Shown: positions 35,512-44,050 of the stretch, in pieces
Layout of the letters: every line of letters starts with the position of its first letter
Numbering within the stretch: position 1 is the stretch's first letter
Virus record (IMG/VR): IMGVR_UViG_3300043219_000223
Coordinates: 1-44,050 of that record
Length of the DNA stretch: 44,050 nt
Source of the DNA: a virus
Taxonomy: Duplodnaviria > Caudoviricetes
Reading direction: 5' to 3' (one strand)
Notes under the pieces: generated by a model
Told to the model about the DNA's origin: nothing
Databases searched by the model: none
The model's input: the letters and a program-made list of their open reading frames with translations, nothing else
Made by a program: the position numbers and the translations under genes

Positions 35512-36077
35512 TAGCGCACCATCCTTTCAGCGTGGCGAAATTTACCGCCAACACTGATAAGACGAAAAGGGTTATCATCGAGATTTAAAAAGAACTCATT
35601 CTCTGATCCAGCATCATCACAGGCACATTCAAAGTCACTTTCTGAGAACAGATGATTTGGCTTTCTATTCTTAAAACCTTTATATCTGGATAACTTTACA
35701 GGGTCTTTGGTGTTCAATGGGGAAGCTTTGCCATCAAAGTCTTTGGCACAGTCGGAGGCACGAAGCCAAGGCTGAACTGCTCGATCAGGGTTCCTGATTG
35801 CCCCAAAATTAATTCCTTTCGTCCAATCACCAAGGTGTTGAAGAGACATGTTCCCAACCCAGAAAGAATTTGAAAGCCCGGTCACTGGATCAGTAACAGT
35901 CCTCCTCATGGTCTGCCTAAGATCCTCTTCTGTCTCAACAAGAATATAAAGGAAATTTCTGAGGCTTAATAGGCCATAGGTGTTCTTGGGATAAAGAGAG
36001 ATATCCCGTATCTGACCACTCTTGATATTGCCAGAGGGAGAATTATTAATCTTTGTTTTAATCACGAATTTAAACAT
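35511..36077 (-). CDS. Hypothetical basic protein
   Basis: GGAG RBS; stop/start overlap with the next gene. Confidence 0.7.
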   Translation of the reverse strand: MFKFVIKTKINNSPSGNIKSGQIRDISLYPKNTYGLLSLRNFLYILVETEEDLRQTMRRTVTDPVTGLSNSFWVGNMSLQHLGDWTKGINFGAIRNPDRAVQPWLRASDCAKDFDGKASPLNTKDPVKLSRYKGFKNRKPNHLFSESDFECACDDAGSENEFFLNLDDNPFRLISVGGKFRHAERMVR

Positions 36078-36107
36078 ATCCCACTCCCTAATTCCTATCC
36101 TTGGCTT

Positions 36108-36446
36108 TCAGAAAAACCGTGATCCTCTTCTTCTGTCTGCACCGGCCTTAATCCCAGCCGTGGCAGTCCCAGAAGCATAAGCCGTGGTCGAAACCCTGTA
36201 CTGCTCACCGGTGCCGACAAACTCAAAAGATCCTTCTGCCGTCTGATCACCCTCGCCACCAACAACCACCCAGCCAGGAGTGACCCCATTTGAAGGATCA
36301 TGAAGTACCTCAAGGCTGATAGTCATGCCCATGCTGCTCGTATCTTCAACAAAAAATGTAGCCCGGCCATCAACCCTTATCGAGTCTGAGTTCTCACTGT
36401 TTTCCGTAAAGGCATAAACAACGGCATTTCCTTTTAATTCAGTCAT
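36108..36446 (-). CDS. Small beta-sandwich virion protein
   Basis: AGGAG RBS; T.SLE...YRV...AY.SGT pattern. Confidence 0.7.
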   Translation of the reverse strand: MTELKGNAVVYAFTENSENSDSIRVDGRATFFVEDTSSMGMTISLEVLHDPSNGVTPGWVVVGGEGDQTAEGSFEFVGTGEQYRVSTTAYASGTATAGIKAGADRRRGSRFF

Positions 36447-36459
36447 TTAAAAATCTCCT

Positions 36460-37137
36460 TTAAATATAAACCCCACTTCTGCCAGCTCCTTGCCAGGAAA
36501 AATCCCCTGTTTCATTTCGCAAGAAATCCATGGACTGATCTAGTTCTTTAGCACCCTTCAATGCCTGTTCGTGCCTGGTCTGGGCAATGTCAGCACCAAC
36601 CTTAGACTCTGTTCTCCTGGTGACCAGCTCAATGGCTATTTTCCAGGCAAAGGCATTGATAAAACGTGCTGTATATTTAGTAGGATCATCTACCCTTCTG
36701 ATGTACGTCAGGAACAGATCATCCACATCATTATCGTAGTTAGTAAAAATGCACTCGGTTCCATCGTCCAGGGTCTCAATCACATAGAAGTACCGATATC
36801 CCTTGGAGTAAATATAACCATCCCAAGAAACGAAAGGCCAGGGAGTGGCGGCCAGCAAGGCCGGATCGCCTGCTTTTTCCTGGAAAATCTTCATGAAGTC
36901 GGAGGGCAGTGTATAGGCAAAATCATAACGGGAAGCGGGTGCGGTGGAGTTCTTTACCAAGGCAACGCGAACTTTAGCGAACCTCCAGTCAGAAGACTCA
37001 AGAGTCTCATCTCTGGCGAAATCATAGACATCATCAATTTCATTCGCCTGGACTGAGCCGTCAGAAAAAGAAGTGATCTGATCCACCCCGATCTTAATCA
37101 GAGCAAGGTTCGCTATACCCACCTTGGTATATGCCAT
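36460..37137 (-). CDS. Tail adaptor / tail tubular protein A
   Basis: IANLAL..IG...ITSF.DGS..A, W.FA..R..L, Y..AY.LP.D, F....AW..A.EL. Confidence 0.85.
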   Translation of the reverse strand: MAYTKVGIANLALIKIGVDQITSFSDGSVQANEIDDVYDFARDETLESSDWRFAKVRVALVKNSTAPASRYDFAYTLPSDFMKIFQEKAGDPALLAATPWPFVSWDGYIYSKGYRYFYVIETLDDGTECIFTNYDNDVDDLFLTYIRRVDDPTKYTARFINAFAWKIAIELVTRRTESKVGADIAQTRHEQALKGAKELDQSMDFLRNETGDFSWQGAGRSGVYI

Positions 37138-37140
37138 AAA

Positions 37141-37377
37141 TTACTCCTGTTCAAACATCTCTGGAGAATTAGGAAACATGTGCTTTCCGGCAGCCACATT
37201 TTCCATGGCCTCTTTTTCTTCCTTGTTCTCATCAGCCATTTTTATGGCGGCTTCCTGTGTCTTATTCATTCTACCGGCATCAGCCTTTATCAACTCAGCC
37301 TCAGCCAGTGTCCGGGCATCATCCCTAGCCCTCCACTCCTCGTCAGTCAACGAGTCGTATCCTATTCCAAAAGGCAT
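37141..37377 (-). CDS. Hypothetical protein
   Basis: AAGGAG RBS; WRA.DDARTL.EAE.IK.D..R motif. Confidence 0.7.
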   Translation of the reverse strand: MPFGIGYDSLTDEEWRARDDARTLAEAELIKADAGRMNKTQEAAIKMADENKEEKEAMENVAAGKHMFPNSPEMFEQE

Positions 37378-37390
37378 AATAAACTCCTTA

Positions 37391-37425
37391 AAGAAAGGGC
37401 CCTGCCGAAACAGAGCCCTTTTCGG
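37391..37425 (-). terminator. Intrinsic terminator after the capsid genes
   Basis: Minus strand GGGCTCTG-TTTCGG-CAGGGCCC-TTTCTTT. Confidence 0.7.
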
Positions 37426-37824
37426 TTAGGTTTCTTGGTTAGCTGTCTGTTTCTTCAGGCAATGAGGCCGGTGAGATGCTACCTGCTGTGCGTTTCCTTT
37501 GTACTCATTGCACACATCACAGGTAACTTCCGCAGGCGCATTGCCCTCAGGAGGGTCCGGACCACCTTCAGGGATCTCTTCCTCAGCATCAGGAGCAGTC
37601 GCCGCTTCCGCCAGTTCCTTAACCATATTCTCAAGGCGCTTAACATTGGCGGTAAGGTCTGCAACTTCGTCACCAGCAGAAGGAATGGAATCAACCTCAA
37701 TGAAATGGTTCAACTTACCATTCTTATCCTTGGGCCCATCCTTTGCTTTACTGAAACGAGCTGGGTCGCCTTTGGCGTATTTCTTGCCATTGTGCCAGCA
37801 CGGTTTTTCACATACAAACGGCAT
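37426..37824 (-). CDS. Head-region protein with C-terminal Zn-finger
   Basis: CDVC...H..HC; short coiled coil; AAGGAG RBS. Confidence 0.7.
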   Translation of the reverse strand: MPFVCEKPCWHNGKKYAKGDPARFSKAKDGPKDKNGKLNHFIEVDSIPSAGDEVADLTANVKRLENMVKELAEAATAPDAEEEIPEGGPDPPEGNAPAEVTCDVCNEYKGNAQQVASHRPHCLKKQTANQET

Positions 37825-37833
37825 AATTGCTCC

Positions 37834-38229
37834 TTAAATTGCTGTCGGCATAGGGGTAAAATAAGCTGAGAGAACATAATCCTCAGTACCGCCAATTATG
37901 TTATAATAGAGCCTAACATATCGGAGCAGCTTGATCCCCTGCGGTAGAGTGATAACAACCTGATCTCCAGCGGTAAGATCAGCCGCTAAAGCGTGGACTG
38001 TCACCAGGTTAGCGTCACTTGTTGTAGGCTCACTGGTTTTGTGAACCACGATGAAATCAATACCAGTGGCGGCCGTATTTACGGTTTCAATGCTGACAAT
38101 AACCGCTGCTGGCATTGTCTTATCCCACCCTGGAATAGTGATCTCAGTATCCAGATATTTCGTACTATCCGCGTCAGCGGCCACGTTCTGAGATTCACTC
38201 AGCACTAATGCTCTATCTCTGTATCCCAT
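37834..38229 (-). CDS. Capsid cement protein (Bbp16-like)
   Basis: D..L.LS..Q.V..DA.ST..LD, ADL.AG, LRYVRLYY, SAY; directly after the capsid gene. Confidence 0.8.
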   Translation of the reverse strand: MGYRDRALVLSESQNVAADADSTKYLDTEITIPGWDKTMPAAVIVSIETVNTAATGIDFIVVHKTSEPTTSDANLVTVHALAADLTAGDQVVITLPQGIKLLRYVRLYYNIIGGTEDYVLSAYFTPMPTAI

Positions 38230-38239
38230 GGTTACCTCC

Positions 38240-39250
38240 TTAAGTTACAGCGTCTTCGGTTTTGAGCATCTGCTCGTCTACTTGAACCGGAACACCGCGG
38301 AACTTCAAGACCGGTGGCCCAAAGGGCGCATCGTGGGCTGTATAATTGACATTGTTCTTGTCCTTCAGCCTTTTATCCATCTGGGTTCTGATTGTCCGGT
38401 TAACATAAATTCTGGTCATGGGGTTCTCGCCCATATCTGGCAACCAGTTGATTGCCTCCAGCAACTGATCATCATCGAAAGTATTGGATGTTCCAGTAGT
38501 CTCGATATTAGATACCCGCTGAACTGTACGTTCATCGGCTACAAACAGACCAGCACGCCATTTGAACTGCGTTACGAAGGCCACGAACTCTGTGTTGGCT
38601 GTTATTCCACTTACAAGCTGCTTGCCCAGGTCAACAATCTCAATTCCACCCATGGTATTCTTAGGATAAATGAGATGAGTCTTTTCCGGACCCCACTCAA
38701 CCACGAGAATTGAAGAAAGATCAGAGCCCGTACCGCTGCCATCCCAGACGTTCGGCATCCAGGAGGTGTCACCGTTCGGGTAAGCGCTAAGATCATTAAA
38801 CTGCGTAAAGAATCCGTTATAGGCGAGTTCATCGCTTGCCAGACTACCATAAATGGTATCTGAATCCATGGACTGCGCCATTGCCTCAATAAACTTGGCA
38901 TCTTTTCTCTGCCTGAAAGCGGCGGCATTACCGCCCTGTAACTTCAGAAGCTCCTCGTCAACCTGTGACATGGTTTCATAAAGCGCCATGGGCGCGGTGA
39001 TCGGGATCTCTCTGTGAGCAGACTTCGGAACACCGTCATTGATCGCTCTTTTCTGAACCGTAGGCAACTGGCTATCCCGGCTACCAACATGAGAAAGAGC
39101 CTGGTTCGCTTCCATCATCGGGGCTTCCCTGATGATCGGACTTTTACGTCCCAGGGTGTCAGCCACAAAAAGAAGCCTGTCATTGCCAGGATCTTTCATT
39201 CTTAAAACATCGAGTAGTGAATATATTCCACTCAGATTTTTCTCTGTCAT
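38240..39250 (-). CDS. Major capsid protein (BPP-1 Bbp17/epsilon15-like HK97 fold)
   Basis: P.MEAN, LP....R.IN.G, SQVD..L, F.EAM.Q, GTGSDLSSI..V.WG, W..GL.V.D.R.V.R..NI, FRGVPV. Confidence 0.9.
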   Translation of the reverse strand: MTEKNLSGIYSLLDVLRMKDPGNDRLLFVADTLGRKSPIIREAPMMEANQALSHVGSRDSQLPTVQKRAINDGVPKSAHREIPITAPMALYETMSQVDEELLKLQGGNAAAFRQRKDAKFIEAMAQSMDSDTIYGSLASDELAYNGFFTQFNDLSAYPNGDTSWMPNVWDGSGTGSDLSSILVVEWGPEKTHLIYPKNTMGGIEIVDLGKQLVSGITANTEFVAFVTQFKWRAGLFVADERTVQRVSNIETTGTSNTFDDDQLLEAINWLPDMGENPMTRIYVNRTIRTQMDKRLKDKNNVNYTAHDAPFGPPVLKFRGVPVQVDEQMLKTEDAVT

Positions 39251-39263
39251 TGTTTACCTCCAA

Positions 39264-40040
39264 CTAATCGGCAAACTGTTCCATATCCTTGTACTTCATT
39301 ACATTGGTCGGATCAGCAGTTGTGGAACCGTCATGTGTGCCCGGTGGACTCCAATCCTCTCCCATGGCTACACCGACCTTATGGAACAGTTTTATGAGAA
39401 GCGGATGATTTCCCTTGCCTCCCTTGTCAAGAAAACCTTTGGTTTCCTCATCAACTCCAAGGAAGTGGTCAAATCCCCGCCTTGTGAATTCAACATTTTT
39501 GTCGTAGTCAGCGCCCCACTCCTTCTTTAGGGTGTCGGTAGCCTCAGACTTGGCAGCCTCAACCGCCTTGACATTAGCTTCATTTTGAGCTTTAGCAAGA
39601 CCATCCCATGATTGAACAACAGAATCAGCCTGTTCAGCCGTAAGTCCGGCTTTTAAGGCCTCCTGAGCAAACCATGTGGTCATATCCTTGCTGTGCTCAA
39701 CACCTTCCCCGGCAGAGAACTTATAACCTTCTGCCGTTTCAGGAACACCAAGAGCAGTGCGAAACGCTGTCTTATCCTCTTCAGTCGCGTCTTCACCTGG
39801 TTTGAATATCGCTCCTTCCATTTTAGTCTTGAGGTCAGCATGATCGGCCTTGACCTGTACCGCGTCTTGGGCAAATTCTCCAACAGTCTTGAAGCCTTTG
39901 ACACCTTCATGCTCTTTCAATTCATTTGGAAGTCCTGAAATCCATCCAGCAGGTGTATCCGCTGAGGGTTCGGGGTTAGATTCTCCGCCTGCACCTTGAT
40001 CCAGGATTGTCTCTGTCACTTGATCGGCTACGTCTGCCAT
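39264..40040 (-). CDS. Capsid scaffolding protein
   Basis: W...LP.ELK, ALG.PE..EGY, GLT.EQA, LK.EWG..YD, GNHP..IK.F..VG..M.ED. Confidence 0.8.
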   Translation of the reverse strand: MADVADQVTETILDQGAGGESNPEPSADTPAGWISGLPNELKEHEGVKGFKTVGEFAQDAVQVKADHADLKTKMEGAIFKPGEDATEEDKTAFRTALGVPETAEGYKFSAGEGVEHSKDMTTWFAQEALKAGLTAEQADSVVQSWDGLAKAQNEANVKAVEAAKSEATDTLKKEWGADYDKNVEFTRRGFDHFLGVDEETKGFLDKGGKGNHPLLIKLFHKVGVAMGEDWSPPGTHDGSTTADPTNVMKYKDMEQFAD

Positions 40041-40073
40041 TTTAAAAACTCCTATAAATCAAAAGGTTAATTA

Positions 40074-41504
40074 TTATGCTTCATCCGTACAAGTCAGTTT
40101 AGACCCGGCTAAACCCTCGCCGGATATAATCCAGGAAGTTCCATCACTCACCACTTTTGCATGGTCTCCAACATTATTTCCTGTCACAAAGGTAATGGTA
40201 TCCTCTGCAGCGCAGGCTGTGAGAGTATTATTATCGTTGATAATTCCATTGATAATAGCCTCCTGTGTGTTCCCGGTCGTTACGGTATAACTTCCAGTGT
40301 CAGCCGCAGCCGTGACGTAAAACTCAAAAGTACATCCAGCAGGAGCGGTTGATATGGCAGGTAGCTGAGAGTCAAATTCAGTGGCGTGATTTAAAAACGA
40401 GATCAGACCACACTCAGCGGCAGTCAAAACATTAGTGGCCGCGACCACCTCTGCGGGTAAAACAAGCCCTGGTCCTACAGTGATAAGTCCAGCCGCAGTT
40501 AAGATTATGTCATCAGCTGCATTCAGCTCAATATCACCATTGGAAGCACCATCAGCGTTCAACATGATTCCACCGTCAGAGGTTTCCAGATTGATAGCAT
40601 CACCGGCAACTGTACCCTGGGCATCAATCTTGAACTGATCGGCAACGGCTTCAGAAGCTACGCCAAGAATCCTCCCGCCAGTAGCGGTAAGGTCAATATC
40701 GAAAGTAGCCGCAGTGGTAATATCAATTCCACCAGCCGGAGCAAGGATTGTCACGCCAGTTGCTACGGCTTCAGCGGCAGTAATTATGATTGATCCTGCG
40801 GCGTTAAGTTCTATGTCACCCTCGGTGGCACCGTCAGCGTTAAGCATAATACCGCCATCGGTAGTTTCCAAATTAATGGCATCACCAGCAACCGTACCGG
40901 TAGCATCCACCTTAAACTGGTCAGCAGCGGCGGGGACAGTGGTTACAGCAACAGTACCAGCCTGACCTACAACGAGAACACTTACAGCCGTTGAGTCTAC
41001 AACCACAAGAGGATCAACATTTGCATCGTGTGACACAACCTCAAGGATGGTTCCATTGGTGGGATTCCCTGTTTTAGATTCAATCCTTACAACGGAAATA
41101 TCACCAAAGTTTCCGGTCGCCTGAATATTAAATATGTCGCCAGCTGTAGCCTGAGAATCCCATGTATTTGTAAAGGTAACGAAGTCTATGGAAGCATTGG
41201 CGTCAGGAGATGCAATGTCGTCATAGGCAACGGTTGACCCCCCGGCATTAGCGGCCCATGTCAAAGTACCGGAGCCGTCTGTAGTAAGTTGATAAGTTGC
41301 TGTACCATCAGCAGCAGGCCACGCGTATTCAATGCCATTCATTTCAAGGGCCTCGAACATACCAAGCCTCCAGGCGGCACTTGTACGGGCGTTTCCAATA
41401 ACGCCCTCACCATCACGCGGAGGCGGAAAATCCTCTTCTGCATAAGACATGCCAGAAAACATAACAATAACGATTAAAATAAGTAACCATGTAAATTTCT
41501 TCAT
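40074..41504 (-). CDS. Fibre/decoration-like protein with N-terminal signal peptide and a 43-aa internal duplication
   Basis: MKK + hydrophobic core + SYA; AADGT..YQLTTDGSGTLTW fibre motif; repeats at 40797-40925 and 40515-40643. Confidence 0.7.
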   Translation of the reverse strand: MKKFTWLLILIVIVMFSGMSYAEEDFPPPRDGEGVIGNARTSAAWRLGMFEALEMNGIEYAWPAADGTATYQLTTDGSGTLTWAANAGGSTVAYDDIASPDANASIDFVTFTNTWDSQATAGDIFNIQATGNFGDISVVRIESKTGNPTNGTILEVVSHDANVDPLVVVDSTAVSVLVVGQAGTVAVTTVPAAADQFKVDATGTVAGDAINLETTDGGIMLNADGATEGDIELNAAGSIIITAAEAVATGVTILAPAGGIDITTAATFDIDLTATGGRILGVASEAVADQFKIDAQGTVAGDAINLETSDGGIMLNADGASNGDIELNAADDIILTAAGLITVGPGLVLPAEVVAATNVLTAAECGLISFLNHATEFDSQLPAISTAPAGCTFEFYVTAAADTGSYTVTTGNTQEAIINGIINDNNTLTACAAEDTITFVTGNNVGDHAKVVSDGTSWIISGEGLAGSKLTCTDEA

Positions 41505-41526
41505 TTTATTTCTCCTTGGCCCTTGG

Positions 41527-41567
41527 GCAATAAAAAAAGGGCAACACAGTGATTACGGCACCGTATT
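41527..41567 (-). terminator. Terminator-like hairpin within the head operon
   Basis: GGGCAATACGGTG-CCGTAAT-CACTGTGTTGCCC followed by T7. Confidence 0.7.
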
Positions 41568-41629
41568 GCCCCTTAATTATTCGCCTTTGCGTCCCCAACT
41601 GGCCGGTCAGGTAAGCCCAAATTGTAAAA

Positions 41630-41950
41630 TTATATTACTTCTCCCTTTATTGGGATATTAACTATTGATCTTATGATGCTTTCTTCTCTATCCAGCCCAT
41701 GTCCTAAGCGGGCAAGAATAGATATTCCAACATTTCTTTCACCTACGCTTCTTAGGTTGGTGTCAAGATTCTTTCCAAACCAGCACATATTCATTAAAAT
41801 ATCTGTCAAAACCCTGACCCCTTTTTCTGACCTGAAAAGCAGTCGATAATCCTGCTCAAGGCTCAACAGTTCCGGGCTTTTACCCTGATCAAGTTCAGGA
41901 TATATATTGTCATCCTCATTCAAACCCTGATCAATAATATCATCTGCCAT
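41630..41950 (-). CDS. Bbp19-like head protein
   Basis: DY..LF.SE.G.RVL.D, GERNVG..IL; follows portal. Confidence 0.75.
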   Translation of the reverse strand: MADDIIDQGLNEDDNIYPELDQGKSPELLSLEQDYRLLFRSEKGVRVLTDILMNMCWFGKNLDTNLRSVGERNVGISILARLGHGLDREESIIRSIVNIPIKGEVI

Positions 41951-43704
41951 TACTGCTGTACTCCTTCAACGAGAGCATTCAACACACTGTCAGGCTCAAC
42001 GGTCTTGGACAGGTTCTTGGTAGCCTTGCTGCCCTGTTCAAGGTTGTCCATGGCTAATTTAGCAGCCTCCTGGATCCTTCTGTTCTTCCTGATAAAAGCA
42101 ACCTGATCGTCAGACCTGAGTGCCCTTGTCGGGAAATTCACACTGTCCATGTATTCTTCAACAAGAATATCAAAATCAACTTTATCGGTTGCATCAGGAT
42201 AAATCTGTCCTATCTCTGACAGACCCTGGATACCTCCCCGGATACCTTGAATCTTAAAGGCTGCCTTCTGAGCCTGAGCCAGAGGCCCGCGGTAATCAGT
42301 TTCAATGGGTAAACCAACACCCATATCTTGCAAAATTGGCGGAGGATCAGGCAGTCTGCGAGCCCGGAACTCTATATTCCAGACCCGATCCATAATCTCA
42401 TTAAGGCCTTCTGTTTGGAACCTTCCTATCCTGGCGGCGATAATAACGGCCTGCTCTGCCTGCATACCTAGTGCTTGAGTCGCGGTAAGCTCTGTCTTAT
42501 TTGCAGCAGCATTGTTAAGGATAGTAAAGAAATCTGTGTGAAAATGTTCTCTAATGGCCCGGTCAGTTCGTTCCTGCTGGTCAATCCCAAACGGAAGCTG
42601 GATAGAATTGGTGAGAATTGACTTAGGCGCATCTCCATCACCAAAGGTCTGTCCGCCTGGGCCATCATGAATCTTACCCCTGAGATCCGTAGACGCGAAC
42701 ATAGGCGGTTTAACCATCTTATGGCCAGCCTCAAGGTTGGTCTTACCCTGCTGGTTAGCCTTCATAATATCAACCATGGCGAACCAGGCCGGGGAACGCC
42801 CGTATTTCTCATCACTATTTACAAACCAGCGCCAGGTTACATTTGGCAGGCTGTCAAAACCACTCTCTTCAATGAGACCGCCATTCTTGGCCCCACCTTC
42901 TTCCATTAATATCCAGAACGAGCCAATTTTTTTATTTTTACCATTTAATATCGCAGGGTCATAATCTGCCCGGGGATAGGTAGCATGAAGAACCAGCTTT
43001 TCCTGATAAGGATCATTCTCATATTGCTGCTTAAACTCCGGCTTCATTTCAAGAAATTCTTCTCCGAACTTCTGAACCAGTTGGCGCATCTCCAATTGAT
43101 AAAGCCGATAAAGGGTGTCTACCCTTCCAAACTGATCCTGAGCAATGAAACATTCCCGGAAGTGCGGCATAATGAAATTAATACGGCCCTTACCGACATC
43201 TTCCTCAATCATTGCCGTGGTAGTTCCGATAGAAACTCCCTCATAAATATAAGTCGGACAGAAATTATAAAAATTACTTCGCGCGTAGGCCGAATACATC
43301 ACTTCCTCGCAATTATCCAGCCATTGACGCACCTGCAGGATAGAATCCAGAGGCTTATCATTGAAGGCCCGGAGGCCTGATGTTCTTGGAAAGTTGATTA
43401 TACCTGGAAGGTTGAACTCAAACCAGCGAAGGGATTGTGAGCAGAGATAACCATAAATACCATCAGCGGCTATCTGTGCCGCAGAAATAGCAGTACCGTC
43501 ATAAACACTTCTGCCGGTGCGCTGGCCTTTCCTGCTTCTGTCTTTTTCTCTATTGTATTCCACTGACCGGCGCTGATGATTGACAAACCTGATAACATTG
43601 TCCACCTCAGGCTCAACCTCAAGACGCTCGGCTTTAAGCGTTTCTAGGGTCCGCTTGCTGAATTTTACCAGGTCTTCGTCTGTAATATTCTTAGCCATTA
43701 TCAC
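41950..43704 (-). CDS. Portal (head-to-tail connector) protein
   Basis: YDGTA..A, WF, SNFY, G.VDTLYR, YGRSPA, P.P, ELTAT, GR.Q.E.L, Y.GPLAQAQK. Confidence 0.92.
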   Translation of the reverse strand: MIMAKNITDEDLVKFSKRTLETLKAERLEVEPEVDNVIRFVNHQRRSVEYNREKDRSRKGQRTGRSVYDGTAISAAQIAADGIYGYLCSQSLRWFEFNLPGIINFPRTSGLRAFNDKPLDSILQVRQWLDNCEEVMYSAYARSNFYNFCPTYIYEGVSIGTTTAMIEEDVGKGRINFIMPHFRECFIAQDQFGRVDTLYRLYQLEMRQLVQKFGEEFLEMKPEFKQQYENDPYQEKLVLHATYPRADYDPAILNGKNKKIGSFWILMEEGGAKNGGLIEESGFDSLPNVTWRWFVNSDEKYGRSPAWFAMVDIMKANQQGKTNLEAGHKMVKPPMFASTDLRGKIHDGPGGQTFGDGDAPKSILTNSIQLPFGIDQQERTDRAIREHFHTDFFTILNNAAANKTELTATQALGMQAEQAVIIAARIGRFQTEGLNEIMDRVWNIEFRARRLPDPPPILQDMGVGLPIETDYRGPLAQAQKAAFKIQGIRGGIQGLSEIGQIYPDATDKVDFDILVEEYMDSVNFPTRALRSDDQVAFIRKNRRIQEAAKLAMDNLEQGSKATKNLSKTVEPDSVLNALVEGVQQ

Positions 43705-44050
43705 CCCAGGATTGATTTAGAGCTTTCTGAGACGCCTCCCAAGCCGGTAGGGCTTGTTAGAATTGTCTGGGCAAAACCACGGCGCAAACGCTTTTTCTTC
43801 TCTTCCACATCTTCAGCAGCCGCAGCATCGAGATCCTCATCTGTTTCCGCATCCACCTGTATATCAAACGGTGAGCCGGAAAAACCTTGATCGCCAGGAC
43901 CGTCAAGCCCAGTAAAACCCAGGCCGACCCCGACACCGCCACCGCCTAAAGATGGAAGCCCAGTAGTCTGTCCGCTGAAATCCGCAAGGCCAGCCATCTC
44001 ACCAACACCAGACCCGCCCCCGCCTCCAGTACCTCCACCGCCTATTCCGG
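43701..44050 (-). CDS. Gly-rich small virion protein upstream of portal; spans the origin (ATG at 30-28, 117 aa)
   Basis: Reads MSGIGGGGTGGGGGSGVGEMAGLADF...RRGFAQTILTSPTGLGG..SILG across the join; AGGAG RBS at 40-36. Confidence 0.8.
   Translation of the reverse strand, partial: GIGGGGTGGGGGSGVGEMAGLADFSGQTTGLPSLGGGGVGVGLGFTGLDGPGDQGFSGSPFDIQVDAETDEDLDAAAAEDVEEKKKRLRRGFAQTILTSPTGLGGVSESSKSILG

Noticed and set aside
27554-36446. Diversity-generating retroelement as in BPP-1
   Set aside because: No reverse transcriptase; the repeats differ at all base types, not only adenines
41570-41620. Bona fide c-di-GMP-I riboswitch
   Set aside because: Only GGGACGCAAAG matches; GGCAAA, the GNRA tetraloop and the P3 receptor are absent
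19014-42964. Numerous plus-strand ORFs in the structural region
   Set aside because: Antisense shadows of well-supported minus-strand genes, lacking RBSs and motifs
1-44050. tRNA genes, introns/inteins or an alternative genetic code
   Set aside because: No cloverleaf recognised by eye; core genes are intact and of expected length in the standard code

Overview
A complete, circularly assembled tailed-phage genome: bases 1-26 equal 44025-44050, giving a circle of about 44,024 bp. It is podovirus-like, with BPP-1/epsilon15-type gene order. The minus strand carries P22-type small and large terminases, portal, scaffold, major capsid, cement, two paralogous tail-adaptor genes, a ~9 kb accessory virion block, nozzle, GNAT-like protein, three ejection proteins (the largest an LPD38-type polyvalent protein) and a lysis trio. 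A second minus-strand block has Cro-like HTH, replication initiator, loader-like protein and RusA. Plus-strand blocks hold early small genes, a Gp88-like gene and a RecE/RecT-like pair. I recognise no integrase, CI-type repressor, ParA/ParB, DNA polymerase or helicase. Most notable: (1) a perfect parS palindrome, a dif-like XerCD site and two perfect DnaA boxes are clustered in the ~1.4 kb between the two terminase genes; (2) an Ig-like domain is split in exact register between the C-terminus of one virion protein and the interior of a duplicated tail-adaptor protein; (3) two unrelated early ORFs sit in tandem cassettes with identical flanks; (4) there are several candidate structured RNAs, including two convergent promoter-driven non-coding units. 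All family assignments come from motif recognition and synteny, not from database searches.
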